A stretch of DNA of 64,000 bases, from the NCBI GenBank assembly GCA_951406725.2, contig OX597825.1, positions 57,536,001 to 57,600,000 of the forward strand, read 5' to 3'. Positions 39,830 to 54,560 of the stretch are shown one piece after another. The translations under genes were made by a program, and so were the position numbers. The notes under the pieces were generated by a model, which saw only the letters and a program-made list of their open reading frames with translations, was not told the DNA's origin and did no database searches. Each line of letters opens with the position of its first letter. The stretch's first letter is position 1. This DNA comes from Octopus vulgaris (Eukaryota).

Positions 39830-40217
39830 TAAAACTGTTTGATTAGGCTTCCTGTAGCAAAACCAGCCGCCTGAGCCGGACAAACTACGTTTCTGTAAGG
39901 AACCTACGAAACGTCAAGTTACATAGAGCCAAACCAAACTGTTTTAAATAATAATATTTTTTTTATATACCCAGGCTTATTCCCCATTTTTTTTAGGAGC
40001 GGGTATCCACAACAAGACACACACCAGGTATTCCATTCATTTCTCCGCTCAAAGAGGCAGGCCCTGTTCTATGCTCCGGTCAAAGCATAGAACACAAGCC
40101 CCAATAAAGCAGCAGCTTTACCCCTGCCGCATCATGCTGGTTCCGTACCCCTTTGAGCAACATCAAATTCACTCATTCGTCCACAAACACTCTCCAAGCT
40201 TTCTTATAATTTATAAA

Positions 40218-40281
<64 letters not shown>

Positions 40282-40296
40282 CACACACACACACAC

Positions 40297-40493
<197 letters not shown>

Positions 40494-40661
40494 TTAAGTA
40501 CATGTATGATATATATATATGTGTGTTTAAGTACATGTATGATATATATATATATATATATCATACATGTTCTTAATCACACATATATATAACACAAATG
40601 TTCATACATGCATACACACAAAACATACATAATATTTGTAACTTCTACTAAATGTCTTGAG

Positions 40662-41079
40662 CATCCAGATAGACGATACAAAGAAAACAAGGACGGGTCA
40701 TTCGGAGTTTTCTTTCCTCAGTCTAGTGCCAGATTATTTTTTGCAATTTCGGCTGGTTATACTCAAGATTGCTCTAATCTGGCCAGCCCCAAGGAAAAAC
40801 TAAGCCAAGAGCATTAGATTTCTTGGAAGAAAGCAGCGAATGCATACGAAAACAAGGACGGAAAAAAACGGTGAAGGTTACACAAATACAAATAACAGGA
40901 CATAACAACAGGTGTCTTTCGAATCTAATACTCTTGGCTTAGTTTTTCCTTGGGAATGGCCAGATTGGAGCAATCTCGAGTACGACCACCCGAAATTGCA
41001 AAAATAATCTAGAACTCAACTGAGGAAAGAAAACTCCGAATGAGCTATCCTTGTTTTCTTTGTATCGTCTATCTGGATG
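40662..41079. mobile_element. Inverted pair of the 17320/25400-type element ends (arms 40662-40820 and 40922-41079)
   Basis: Arms are imperfect reverse complements, and (TA)n follows shortly after. Confidence 0.8.
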
Positions 41080-41100
41080 TTTTGTGTTCTTGTCCTATTT

Positions 41101-41136
<36 letters not shown>

Positions 41137-41204
41137 TGTATTGATTTGATTTTGATTTTGATTTTCCAGTTTCAGCTTATGAGCTGTGGCCATGCTGGGG
41201 CACC

Positions 41205-41245
<41 letters not shown>

Positions 41246-41369
41246 CCAAAAAACACCGATAATAACTACAGTTATTATCGGTGTATTTTGACGATTTGAA
41301 TAAGAGTTTTGACTGTTATTTCCAGTAGGTATAAATACTTGGTATGTCCTTTGATTAATTTTAATTAAT

Positions 41370-41401
<32 letters not shown>

Positions 41402-41917
41402 GTATGTATATATATATATGTATATATATATATATGTATGTATATATATATATGTATATATATATGTATGTATATATATGTATATATATATATATGTATG
41501 TATATATATATGTATATATATATACATATATATGTATATATATATATGTATGTATACATACATATGTATGTATATATACATACATATATATGTATATATG
41601 TATATATATATATATGTATACATACATATACATGTATATATATATATGTATGTATACATACATATATATGTATATATATGTATGTATACATACATATATA
41701 TGTATATATATATATATGTATGTATACATACATATATATGTATATATATATGTATGTATGCATACATATATATGTATATATATATGTATGTATGCATACA
41801 TATATATGTATATATATATATATGTATGTATACATACATATATATGTATATATATATATGTATGTATACATACATATATAAGTGTATATATATATTTGAT
41901 ATATATATATACATACA

Positions 41918-41964
<47 letters not shown>

Positions 41965-42000
41965 GCACATATATATATGCACTTAAACACACACGCATAT
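41370..42000. repeat. Long compound (TA)/(TATG)/(TACA) microsatellite
   Basis: Directly visible. It accounts for the longest ORFs in the track. Confidence 0.95.
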
Positions 42001-42867
42001 ATAAAACATACTTTCATGCACGCACACATGCATACACACATGCATGCACACACATACTCACATACACATACATAACACATATATAAATGCACACTTATAT
42101 ATTCTTATGTATGCATACAAATGCATTTAAGTATCTGCTTGTCTGCCTTCCTGTTTGTCTGTCTCTGTCTCTCTGTCTCTCTCTCCCTCTCTCCCTGTCT
42201 CCCACTCTCCCTCTTTTAGTGCTGAGCTGCAGGAATGTTACAAAGGTACCCTGGGTTCATTGTTTTATTTCAAAGAGAGATTCTAATCTGAAAATCCGTG
42301 ATAAGGTGGATTGTTAAGGCGGTTGAGTGTGGGTGTTTGTGTCCTTTCTGTTTATTCCATTTCCTCTTTCATGCATTCACTCCTATGTTGTATCTATATA
42401 TGAATAAACACCTATATATATATGCATACACACAAACATACATATACACTTACATATACATACATACATACATACATACATACATACATACATACATACG
42501 TTAATGGGTAATTTAGAGGCTGAAGGAAAATGAAAGTAATTCACCGGAAGCGACGTCAGTGACATCCCATAATTTCTTTAAAAAATGATAAAATCCCTTA
42601 CTTTTATTAAAAGAACTTCATTATACTGCATCAGTATAGTCTCTTCTAGAGTAGGTATGGACAAAATTTTTCAAGAATTGAGCCGCAAGCCATGACTCAT
42701 CACCAGGAGGGCTGTACTACTAAAAAAATTCCAGGTAATTTTTCGTTTAGCCGTAGCATTCAGTGAGTTCCGCGCAAACGCAGTTTTCCCTTGACTGTAC
42801 TAGAGAGATCTTAAATAATTCAGAAACAGCCGCTAAGGTACCCCGTTTCAATGCTCTACTTATTGGC

Positions 42868-43158
42868 ACCCCGTCGGTTACGACGACGAGGGTTCCAGTT
42901 GACCCGATCAACGGAAAAGCCTGCTCATGAAGTTAACGTATAACGTTAACATAGTTCTCAGGGAGACTCAGCGTGACACAGAGTGTGACAAAGCTAACCC
43001 TTTGAAATACAGGTACTTCTCACTTTTGCCAGCTCAGTAGAATGGAGCAACGTGAAATAAAGTGTCTTGCTCAAGGACACAACGCGTCGCTGGGAATTGA
43101 ACTCACGACCTTACGATCGTGAGTCGAATACGATGACCACTAAGCCACGCGCATTCAC
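42868..43158 (-). mobile_element. SINE sharing the family A 3' half but with a different head and central domain
   Basis: 42868-43015 matches family A. 43015-43158 has a tRNA-like head followed by ccttgagcaagacact. Confidence 0.75.
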
Positions 43159-43387
43159 CCGACTCTGACTAAACGGTAAATAAAAAGTGTAACTCGCGAG
43201 AATACCAGCGAGGAGGCATAGCAGAGGTGGGGAGAAAGTTACAAAAGTGTGTCAATGACTTAGAGCTTCGCGTATGGCACTAATCAAACTTTGATTACTG
43301 CCACCCACTAATTATTAAAACTTGAAAATAATACACACACACATACACACGTGTGTGTATTTTTGTATGCGCGCTATACAACGTACT

Positions 43388-43779
43388 GTGGAGGCGCAAT
43401 GGCCCAGTGGTTAGGGCAGCGGACTCGCAGTCGTAGGATCGCGGTTTCGATTCCCAGACCGAGCGTTGTGAGTGTTTATTGAGCGAAAACACCTAAAGCT
43501 CCACGAGGCTCCGGCAGGGGATGGTGGTGATCCCTGCTGTACTCTTTCACCACAACTTTCTCTCACTCTTACTTCCTGTTTCTGTTGTACCTGTATTTCA
43601 AAGGGCCGGCCTTGTCACTCTTTGTGTCACGCTGAATATCCCCGAGAACTACGTTAAGGGTACACGTGTCTGTGGAGTGCTCAGCCACTTACACGTTAAT
43701 TTCATGAGCAGGCTGTTCCGTTGATCGGATCAACCGGAACCCTCATCGTCGTAACCGACAGAGTGCTAAAGGTGCTTCC
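43388..43779 (+). mobile_element. SINE family A, full length, TSD atacaacgtact
   Basis: TSD at 43376 and 43780. Confidence 0.93.
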
Positions 43780-44073
43780 ATACAACGTACTGTACATAAC
43801 AATCACCATTGAGAAGTCAATTCAGTGGCTTGCATATCAACTCATGACAACCAAAAGATACATGTGAGCAATACGATAATCCTGCACGACGAGTGAGCTG
43901 TATAGAAGAACGAACGGGAAGCATGGTGTTTGTTCCTGTCAATTCACAACAGGTTGTTTACATGAAATTATCGGATTTCACTGTCGTCACTTCCAGTATT
44001 TTTACTTTCATTGTTCTTAAACGCCTTAACTGCATGTTACGCCATACGTACCTACGTACATACATGCATTCAT

Positions 44074-44485
44074 AGGAGTGGCTGTGTGGTAAGTAGCTTG
44101 CTTACCAACCACATGGTTCCGGGATCAGTCCCACTGCGTGGCATCTTGGGCAAGTGTCTTCTGCTATAGCCCCGGGCCGACCAATGCCTTATGAGTGGAT
44201 TTGGTAGACGGAAACTGAAAGAAGCCTGTAGTATATATGTATATATATAGATATATATATATGTGTGTGTGTGTGTTTGTGTGTCTGTGTTTGTCCCTCC
44301 AGCATTACTTGACAACCGATGCTGGAGTGTTTACGTCCCCGTCACTTAGCGGTTCGGCAAAAGAGACCGATAGAATAAGTACTGGGCTTACAAAGAATAA
44401 GTCCCGGGGTCGATTTGCTCGACTAAAGGCGGTGCTCCAGCATGGCCGCAGTCAAATGACTGAAACAAGTAAAAAGAGTAAAGAG
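44074..44485 (+). mobile_element. SINE family C
   Basis: Homologous to 28547-28950. Confidence 0.88.
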
Positions 44486-45031
44486 ATATACACACGCACA
44501 TACACATACATGCATGCATACCTAAATACTTGTGTACATACATGCATGAACACATACATACAGACACACACAGAAACCTACGCACGCACACACACAAACA
44601 CACATATACAGATAAATATATATACGTACGTGCATATAAACACCCATTCATATATACTGGCATACGTACATATATATGTATATTGCTTGCATAAACACGC
44701 GCGTGTACGCCCACATGCACCTGCGTAAGCACTCATGCACGTGTGCACACACACATGCACGCGCACACACACATGCACGCGCACCCCCACACAGGTTCAA
44801 ATCAGTCATGTCGTTATTATGACAAACAGACAACTGATTGATGGTTTAACTCTCATATTAGACAAACGAGTGATCAGTTTGTTGGTTAGATAGATATCTG
44901 ACCGATTGACTGACAATAGAGAATGGAAATTGAACCAGTCCGTGTGTTTATTATAATTGATATAATGACCCCCCCCCAAACGCATGATTTGTTTCAACAC
45001 ACAAATTCACATCAAGAAGCTTGCAAACCAA

Positions 45032-45066
<35 letters not shown>

Positions 45067-45070
45067 AATA

Positions 45071-45630
45071 ACATGCCCTGATGAAGTACCAGACAGTGGC
45101 TCTCATGGCTTCTGATCTTAACTGATTGGAAGTGTTATCATATACATTGTTTTGTCTTGGTATAAAAGATGGGCTACAGCAAATATTCTGCTCAATACCA
45201 CAGATTTGCTTCTCAGTTGTTTGACCTTAACCAGTTGACCATGTCCCTTAGTGGCTGACAATATGTACATCTCTGATCACGAGCAGAGGTAGTGGGGGAG
45301 AATCATAGCCATGTGTTGAGAAGGATTCTTTGGGGTTTTAATAATTCAACTCTGGAAATATGGGTGTTTCGTTCAACATCCTTAAACAACCCTTATTCAG
45401 GGACCTTTTGAGCAGGATGGGTTACTCGACCAGAAGAAAATTCTAACTGGGCCCCACCTGCAAGATCATGTACTGTTTATCTTGATATGAGATCACCATG
45501 TCGCGCACATATGGTTGTGATGCACGTGCCTAGTGTACTCTTATCAGACGGGTAGTCATGATGGGTATACTGGGCTTCGTATATTTTACCCCAGTGTCAC
45601 TTTGTTGGCATGCACTGCTCTGTCACTCAA
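45071..45630 (+). mobile_element. Family D non-coding retroposon inserted in (TAA)n
   Basis: (AAT)n upstream and taataa downstream. Homologous to 39224-39749. Confidence 0.85.
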
Positions 45631-45649
45631 TAATAAAAATAATAATGTT

Positions 45650-46256
45650 TCAAATTTTGGCACAAGGCCAGTAAGCTCAGAAGAGGAACTAAGGCGATTA
45701 CATCGACTCCAGTACGTAACTGGTACTTATTTTATCGACCTCGAAGGATGAAAGGCAAAATCGACGTCGGCGGAATTTGAACTCAGAATGTAAACACGGA
45801 TGAAATGCCTCTAAGCATTTTTTCCGGCGTGCTAACGATTCTGTCAGCTTACTACTACTACTACTACTAATCCTTTCTATTATAGACACGAGGCCTGAAA
45901 TTTGGAGGAGGGGACAGTCGATTACATCGACTCCAGTACTCAACTTATCGACCCCGAAAGGATGAATGGCAAAGTCAACCTCAGCAGAATTTGAACCCAG
46001 AAGAATGTAAAGATGGACGAAATACCTATTTCTTTACTACCCACAAGGAGCTAAACACAGAGGGGACAAACAAGGACAGACAAACGGATTTAGTCGATTA
46101 CATCGACTCCAGTGCATAACTAGTACTTATTTAATCGACCCCGAAAGGATGAAAGGCAAAGTCGACCTCGGCGGAATTTGAACTCAGAACGTAACGGCAG
46201 AGGAAATACGGCTACGCATTTCGCCCGGCGTGCTAACGATTCTGCCAGCTCGCCGC
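45650..46256 (-). mobile_element. Cluster or multimer of SINE family B
   Basis: Three occurrences of ggatgaa(a/t)ggcaaa...gaatttgaac. Confidence 0.85.
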
Positions 46257-47639
46257 TTTAACAACAATAATAATAATTTGTTTTATTTGCCTCCAGGGCA
46301 AAGAATGAGGGGGACAATACATAAACAGACATAAAGTGTTGGGGTTTATATATAATAGAATGATAGATAAAAAAAAGGGATGTTTATACGGTAAACATTA
46401 AAAGAAGGGAAATGTACATAGTATATTAGTATATAACACTAAAAAAAAAAGAAAAATGGAGTAAAATAAATCCTAACAAAAACACTAAAATACAAATTAC
46501 CGTCCGAATTGTTTGTATACGTGTGTATGTGTGTGTGTGTTTGTGTGTGCCTGTGTATGTGTGCGTGTTTGTGCAAGCGTGCGAATATAAGTATGTAGGC
46601 GGGTTTGTTTATCTTAAAAGTAATGTATGTTATTGGTGTCAGATTACCATGTAATTTGTATGGCTTTATATGTGTGTGTGTATGTGTGTGTGTGTGTGTG
46701 TGTGTTTGTGTGTTTGTGTGTGTGAGTGTGTGTGCTTAGCGTAATATTAATACAGGCATCAGGTTTTTGATATGTTTACCCTTGTAGGTCACTGGGTGCA
46801 GTGGTAAGTAACACTGATAGTCTTTCTTTATCCTCCTCTTCTGCCTCCTTCTCCACCCTCTCTTCATTATCTTCCTCATCATCATCACCATTAACATCGT
46901 CAGAATCGTTTTGGTCGTCATATTTGATGGAACTCAGACAAATTAAATGGTTACGTACAATCTACTACTTCACCCTCTCCCCACGACTTTGATACTATAA
47001 ACCTTCTCGTCTACTGTACCCTGTAACCTATATATATACATATACATACATACACATACATATACATATATACATATACATACATATATACATACAAACA
47101 CACACACATATAATATATATATACACATACGTACACACGCACACACATACATATGTGTATACATATACATACAGTCATACATACATGCATACATAAAATA
47201 CAGGTATATTGAAAATATTGACACGTGCCTGCACATAGGTGCAAAACAAGGAGGTGAAATAGTGCTCGAATACAAAAGGGAGAGTAAAATGTTATGCTTT
47301 ATTGAAGCTGAGTAACACCGGGTTCCTCATAATCGACCATCTGACATGAGTGGATCTTTGGTGGAGTCATATTTTGTGAAAATTTTTTGAGTTTCAATAA
47401 AACATATGCATATAGTACTCTAATAAGTAATTCGTCTGGTCCTTGCGCATGCGCACTCGTGAGAGATAAATATCTATTTAATACGCAATTATGAACGAGC
47501 TACTAACAGTTCTATGATGATGCAAGGTCTTGACTGTAGGCAGAGTAAAGCAACACTTCCAGCCCTTCAATTTTGCACTTGGTCACATTATAAGTGTGTG
47601 CAGGGGAATTGTGATGGAATGCGCGTCTTCGATTGACCA

Positions 47640-48330
47640 ATGTCAGGTAGTGGGGTTTCAAAGCATCATACACTTGCTGTGTAGTTGTTGATCATGAAAA
47701 GTTAACATTGGCAGCATGACGGCTTGGGTCAAATTCAAAGTGTAACGCCATCTCGAAATTCCACCAGGCAAAGCGATCTTTTGTTGAAACCACCATTGTT
47801 TGGACAACTGGTTCTGAATCCTGGCCGGAACGAAGACAATGATTTCTCTTATTAGGATCACGGAAATATATCCATTTTTCATTCCCAGTTATAATCAGAA
47901 GCCGAAAGTAGGCATCTCGAGAATTTGCAGGCAGTTGCTTGCAAATGTTCACATGTCGTTGAGCCTGGTTATTGGTCAGTCCACGAGAAGCTTCTCGACA
48001 GCGTCTGTTCTCAAGGTCAAGCTTATGGAGGTGTCGGTTGATGGTGCTCTGTGAAGGACCAAGTTTTGCCGACAATGTACACGTACTTGTGCTTGGCTGT
48101 TGTTGAACCATTTGAAGCAAAGCCTCATCTTCTACAACAAAAGGTTCCCTTGACCTTGGTTTGTGTTGGAGGCTGGTGTCACCTGTCTTGAAACATGTAA
48201 ACCAGTTTAGTGTCACGTTTGTAGCCAGCTCTTGGAACCTGCGCATCGTTAATTTCTTTTCCCGTTGTTCTTAAACTCAAACCTTTTAAACGGTAGCGTA
48301 AAATGGCTCTAATTGCAATGTTTTCACCAC
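47640..48330 (-). mobile_element. Mariner transposase remnant
   Basis: WFTCFKTGDTSLQHKPRSREP, HTH region, IITGNEKWIYF. Confidence 0.88.
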
Positions 48331-48561
48331 TTATTATCAAAGTTGCAAAATGAAGAATAAACAATTAGTGTTAATTTCTCTTTCTCTTTTGGTTTCAGCT
48401 CAAGAGCTGCGGCCATGCTGGAGTACTGCCGTTAGCTTTGTTACACTTTTGCTACTTGAAATATTTTCTAATATGTGGCACTTGGTGAATGAGATTTATG
48501 TTATGTATGAAAATAAAGAATAATTCAGCAACGATTGGACAACAAGTTGTATCGAATTAAT

Positions 48562-48790
48562 GATGGCAGAAACGTTAGCACGCCGGGAGAAATGCTTAAC
48601 GGTATTTCGTCTGTCATTACGTTCTGAGTTCAAATTCCGCCGAGGTCGACTTTGCCTTTCATCCTTTCGGGGTCGATAAATAAAGTACCAGTTTCGCACT
48701 GGGGTCGATGTAATCGACTTAATACCTATGTCTGTCCTTGTTTGTCCCCTCTGTGTTTAGTCCCTTGTGGGTAATAAAGAAATAGGTATT
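48562..48790 (+). mobile_element. SINE family B (Meta-domain-like core)
   Basis: TGGCAGAA A box, GAGTTCAAATTCC B box, gcctttcatcctttcggggtcgataaa core. Another copy lies at 50354-50548. Confidence 0.88.
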
Positions 48791-49119
48791 AATAAGTTGT
48801 CAAAAATCCTCTGTGAAAATCTAAAATAAATTTTGACACAACCTGGTGTTTAGATTTCAGCTGTTGAGGAAACGATATGTTTTTAAATATTTATTTTAAG
48901 ATACTTTTCAAATATCTTTTATAGAAACATATGTGCAAGGGTTACCTAAATAAACCCCTTTATTAATAAGCTATTTGGTTAAATTACTCAAGAGATTCTA
49001 TACTATGTGAGCTGATTAACTAGTAATTAAAATACTTTTTTCATAATTTAGATCGTTTCCATATTAATTGTTTGTATTCTCAAAGATTTGATACGTATTC
49101 TATCGAAGCTTAATTTTCA

Positions 49120-49304
49120 TGTGAATTAACAATGCTACCAATGGTTTTATGTAGAGAGAATTTCCCAAATTTTCAAGCGACCCACTTTATGTTGGTAATC
49201 GACTTTATATTGGACGGAGGCGGTTATCAACTTTTTAAGCGGGTCGCTTGAAAATTGTGGAAATTCTTCTCGCATGAAACCATTGGCAGCATTGTTAATT
49301 CACA
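49120..49304. repeat. Imperfect palindrome, probably the centre of a MITE
   Basis: tgtgaattaacaatgct...ttttcaagcgaccc is the inverse of gggtcgcttgaaaa...agcattgttaattcaca. Confidence 0.8.
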
Positions 49305-49424
49305 AATGTTTTACCCGCCAAATGTGGTGTTCAGTACTCATTCTCACACATATAATGTGTGTATGTGTATACGTGTATATGCGCGTGCGTGCGCGTTTGT
49401 ATGTATATATGCATTCATGCATGC

Positions 49425-49457
<33 letters not shown>

Positions 49458-49473
49458 TGTATGTATGTATGTA

Positions 49474-49861
49474 TACTCTTTTTACTCTTTTACTTGTTTC
49501 AGTCATTTGACTGTGGCCATACTGGAGCACCGCCTTTAGTCGAGAAAATCGACCCCAGGACTTATTCTTTGTAAGCTTAGTAATTATTCTATCGGTTTTT
49601 TTTTGCCGAGCCGCTAAGTTACGGGGATGTGAACACAGCAGCATCGGTTGTCAAGCGATGTTGGAGGGACAAACACAGACACACAAACACATACACACAC
49701 ATGCATATACATATATATACATATATACGACGAGCTTCTTTCAGTGTCCGTCTACCAAATCCACTCACAAGGCTTTAATCGGCCCGAGGCTATAGTAGAA
49801 GACACTTGCCCAAGGTGCCACGCAGTGGGACCAAACCCGGAACCATGTGGTTGGTAAGCAA
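49474..49861 (-). mobile_element. SINE family C
   Basis: Homologous to 28547-28950. Confidence 0.88.
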
Positions 49862-50135
49862 AATACCAAAATTACACACTGTTTCTTTGTGGATGACTTG
49901 AAACTTTACGCAAAGAATATGCATGAGATGAAAAGAGCCTTGCCCTTGTTACATTCTCAAAGGATGTAGGTTGGAATTTGGTCAGGATAAATGTTGTATG
50001 GCTGTGAAAAGGGTGAAAACTATAAACGAGACTAGTAACATCTTCATCAATGATTTGACTGTTTCTCCTATATCTGAAGAGGAATGTTACAGGTATCTAG
50101 AGGTTGATGAAAATATATATTACAATGGCACCTGT
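49862..50135 (+). pseudogene. Non-LTR RT fragment, R4/Dong-like
   Basis: ITHCFFVDDLKLYAKN ... EFGQDKC ... YRYLEVDE. Confidence 0.65.
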
Positions 50136-50789
50136 AGCAATTAGGCTCCTCAAAACCAGAAAGGGGAAAGCTAATTCGAAGACTACAGATCCAATCCATC
50201 ATTGCTACTGTAAAAATCTGTAACGCCACTTATTATTATAAATAACTTCAATTAAACTTCGAATTGTGAGTTCAAAATGATACATTATGTATTCGATATT
50301 TAAGCACAGCTCATGAGCTGAAACTAGAATCAATCAATCAATCAATCAATTAAATCGTTAGCACGCCGGGCGAAATGCTTATCGGTATTTCGTCAACCGC
50401 TACGTTCTGAGTTCAAATTCCGCCGAGGTCGACTTTGCCTTTCATCCTTTCGGGGTCGATTAAATAAGTACCAGTTACGTACTGGGGTCGATATAATCGA
50501 CTTAATCTGTTTGTCTGTCATTTAGCCCCTTGTGGGTAGTAAAGAAAGAGATATTTAAGCAATTATTTTCTTTTAACAGATCATATAAAGTTTCTTTAAT
50601 AAACAAATAAGATACTGCATCATTGCACGCAACACAGCGCAATATATAAAAAGAAAGTACCTGTAGAAAGAGGATTCACTTCACACTGAAGAGCTATTAC
50701 GGTTACAACTTGAGTATCTGTTATTAAAGTGATACCATTTGTATTAATCGAAAGAAAATAAATAAGTCAAGTTTCATTATTATAAAATA

Positions 50790-51185
50790 CTAGCAGTATC
50801 GCCCGGCGTTGCTCGGGTTTGTAAGGGAAATAACTATATAAGCATTTTTAGAGATGTAAAGTATAATAGCCATCTCAATATGGCTAACCACAAAGGGGGG
50901 TGTTACTGTAGCTTTTTACGTTCTGAGATTTAATAATACATTTTAGAGAGTTACTTCCTTTATATAATAGCAAAAAAAATGCATTAAAAAATGGGAAAAA
51001 ATGATAGTAAATTTTTTTAAAAATCGTAGACTCATCGTAGACGCGCGCTAATACCCAGAAGGGCTCGATATGAATCACGACTATAAGATACCCGCTTTTG
51101 GTTACACTGCACCGCAAAATGTGGGAGTAGTTAGGAATCTAAATCGTAGGAGACAGACACACAACTTCAGTTTTATATATAAAGA
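50790..51185 (-). mobile_element. Non-autonomous Helitron
   Basis: CTAG at 50790, hairpin cccggcgttgctcggg, TC 5' end at 51185. Termini resemble 18195-19007. Confidence 0.85.
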
Positions 51186-51323
51186 TTAAACATTTGCGTA
51201 CATTCCTTTGATATTCTAATATTTGCAGAGCCAAATTATATTTTCGATATTGTAAGATCTGATTTGTTAATCATCCACATGTTTTATAATAGTTTCAAAT
51301 ATTTCTATTGTTTAAGATTTTAG

Positions 51324-51839
51324 TTGATGGAATCTCAAAAGCTTGAATCTGTTGACATCGTCAAAGTTGAAACTGCCAGTGCCACTGGACCTCGGCAGGA
51401 ACAAGCTCAGAACCCCTGGCTCCACCTGGACGACTACTTCTTGATCAAGCCACGGGAAGGAGACAAGCTGATTCTCAACTACAAGCTGTGCCTGCCCAGG
51501 GCTGTGCCATTAAAGGGGCACATGACAAGCCTCAACAATCTCAAGCAGCGCATCAAGAGGACCCATCCAGCCAAATTCATGCAGTTTGAGGAGAAGGTCA
51601 AGGCAGGTTCATTTCGTGGAAAAGTCAAGAAGAGGTCTTCTTCTGGTTCCAACAGCGCTTCGGAATTATCGAGTCTGTTTTCACTTCCCTCTGGCAAAGA
51701 AGCACGCCAGCAAACTAATGCCGAGTCCTTTGGCATTACTGTTACTGGCAGTGGCATACCCCAGGCTGCTGGATCAAAGGACTGTGGACCTGTTCGTAGC
51801 CAACATGCTGTCACTCCACTGATATGTTCGAGAGGCTAA
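51324..51839 (+). pseudogene. hAT-type transposase N-terminal remnant with decayed BED zinc finger
   Basis: PWLHLDDYF...(Y)KLC...TSLNNLKQ(R)IKRTHP fits W-CxxC-H-H with two ligands mutated. Confidence 0.65.
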
Positions 51840-52134
51840 GCAAGACGCTGAACCTCAGCAAGAGTGTGACCATCACAGATGGAAAATACCCAAACCGTCG
51901 CCACCATATAGGCCAACGTCATGAGATGGGTATCTATATCTCAATGTGTTTAATGTAAATAAATCTACAAGATCACAGACTGCAGCATTATCATATTTTT
52001 TACATTTTAGCTTTTCGTTTCCTGTTTTCTGTTTTTCGTTTTCCGTTGTTTACTGTCTGTGTTTTCTATATGCTGCCTTCTCAGTTTATTTTCGCCTTTC
52101 TTCTCTTATTCAATTTCGTTATGATATGTCATTT

Positions 52135-52187
52135 GCGCCTGAAGGATAGGTTTGAGTTTTCTCAGCATATGAAACTATTAGTTGCGC
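52135..52187 (+). ncRNA. Degenerate hammerhead motif (A9>G)
   Basis: gcgc CTGAAGG ...tgag tttt ctca... GAAAC TATTA GTT gcgc. Confidence 0.5.
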
Positions 52188-52300
52188 TTTAATACATCTA
52201 CTGTGACCTTTAAATAAATATTATCTATCTCACACCAGATGGAGTACTTTTGGTTAAATTTTCCATCATGCATCAGTACATTATATATATATATAATATA

Positions 52301-52331
<31 letters not shown>

Positions 52332-52350
52332 CTATATATATATATATATA

Positions 52351-52772
52351 TACTCTTTTACTTGTTTCAGTCATTTGACTGCGGCCAAGCTGGAGCACCG
52401 CCTTTAATCGAGCAACTCGATACCGGGACTTATTCTTTGTAAGCCTAGTACTTATTCTATCGGTCTCTTTTGCCGAACCGCTAAGTGACGGGGACATAAA
52501 CACACCAGCATCGGTTGTCAAGCAATGCTACGGGGACAAACACAGACACACAAACATACACGCACACATATATATATGTTCAGTTTCCGTCTACCAAATC
52601 CACTCACAAGGCTTTAGTCCCAGAGGCTATAGTAAAAGACACTTGCCCAAGGTGCCCTGCAGTGAGACTGAACCCGGAACGATGTGGTTGGTATACAAGC
52701 TACTTACCACACAGCCACTCCTGCGCCTATATAGCCACTCCTGCGCCTATATAGCCACTCCTGCGCCTATAT
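52351..52772 (-). mobile_element. SINE family C with triplicated 20-bp 5' end
   Basis: agccactcctgcgcctatat x3 at 52713-52772. Confidence 0.88.
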
Positions 52773-52788
52773 ATATATATATATATAT

Positions 52789-53755
<967 letters not shown>

Positions 53756-53760
<5 letters not shown>

Positions 53761-54560
53761 TGGTTAAATTCAAAATTTTCTTACCTCACCTCCATCCCTC
53801 AACTCTTTGATAGAGTCACACGAGCATTATTGTAACGTACAGTATGCCTTCGGCACTTTTAGACCTGACGGAGCACATTCATCTTCACGTCTGGCCATAA
53901 CCGATTTCTTAAGAAAAGAGAATACAAGCAGAAAAAAAGGAGAGATATGTCAAACCAAATATTAATATTTTCAATGCATTTAATACACGTATTTCAGATC
54001 ATTATGCAAGAGAGAAAAAGAATCCATCTTTTACATAGCATCTTCAGTTAAAACATTTCAAAATATAAATGATACAGTAGAAGTCACCCCTTTATATAGC
54101 ATTGGACATGATATATTAATAGAACAAACTTAACAGAAGTCGTAGCTAAAAGGAATAGAGTCTTTATAATGAAAGAAAGACAGAAGAAAGAGGGAGAGAG
54201 TGAAAGGTGGGGGAGAGAAGTCGTTTGGTGTGTAGGGATGAGAACAAGGAAGAGAAAACGGAAAAAAGGAGAAATGAAGAGCAGTATTAGATCGGAGGAA
54301 CGGGAGACAATGAGTCAAATAAATAGATATGTAAACAGATAAATATTTATGTCATAGTAGTCCATGTGGGGAGAGCAGATGGCTAAGATTTTCTTGCCTC
54401 ACTTCCATTCCACACCTCTTTGATGGAATCGCAGTAGCACCGTTGCAACGTGCGGCGTATCTTCAGCACTTTTAGGCCTGACGGAGCACATTTATCTTCA
54501 CGTCTGACCACAGCCAATTTTTTTCTTAAAAAAAAAAGCATGGCGGAAAAAAAAGAAGAA
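53756..54560 (-). mobile_element. PLE-type non-coding element, longer copy of the same family, with hammerhead-like motif at 53978-54052
   Basis: 53756-53945 repeats 53481-53670, with a diverged internal repeat at ~54460-54550. Minus strand reads tttaa CTGAAGA...GAAA TACGTG TA ttaaa. Confidence 0.65.

Noticed and set aside
41177-42092. Long ORFs of 205-273 aa in several frames
   Set aside because: They are translations of TA/TG microsatellites (YI, CV, HT repeats). The same applies at 37095-37656, 53008-53560 and 58643-59179.
43388-43460. tRNA genes at SINE heads
   Set aside because: A/B boxes are present, but each continues into a repeated SINE body with TSDs and has no complete acceptor stem.
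45078-45100. Hammerhead at CTGATGA in the family D 5' end
   Set aside because: No properly placed GAAA or closing stems. The CTGAAGA matches near 50073 and 50686 were rejected for the same reason.
51324-51839. Domesticated ZBED-type host gene
   Set aside because: The zinc ligands are mutated and no catalytic domain follows, so it reads as a transposon remnant.
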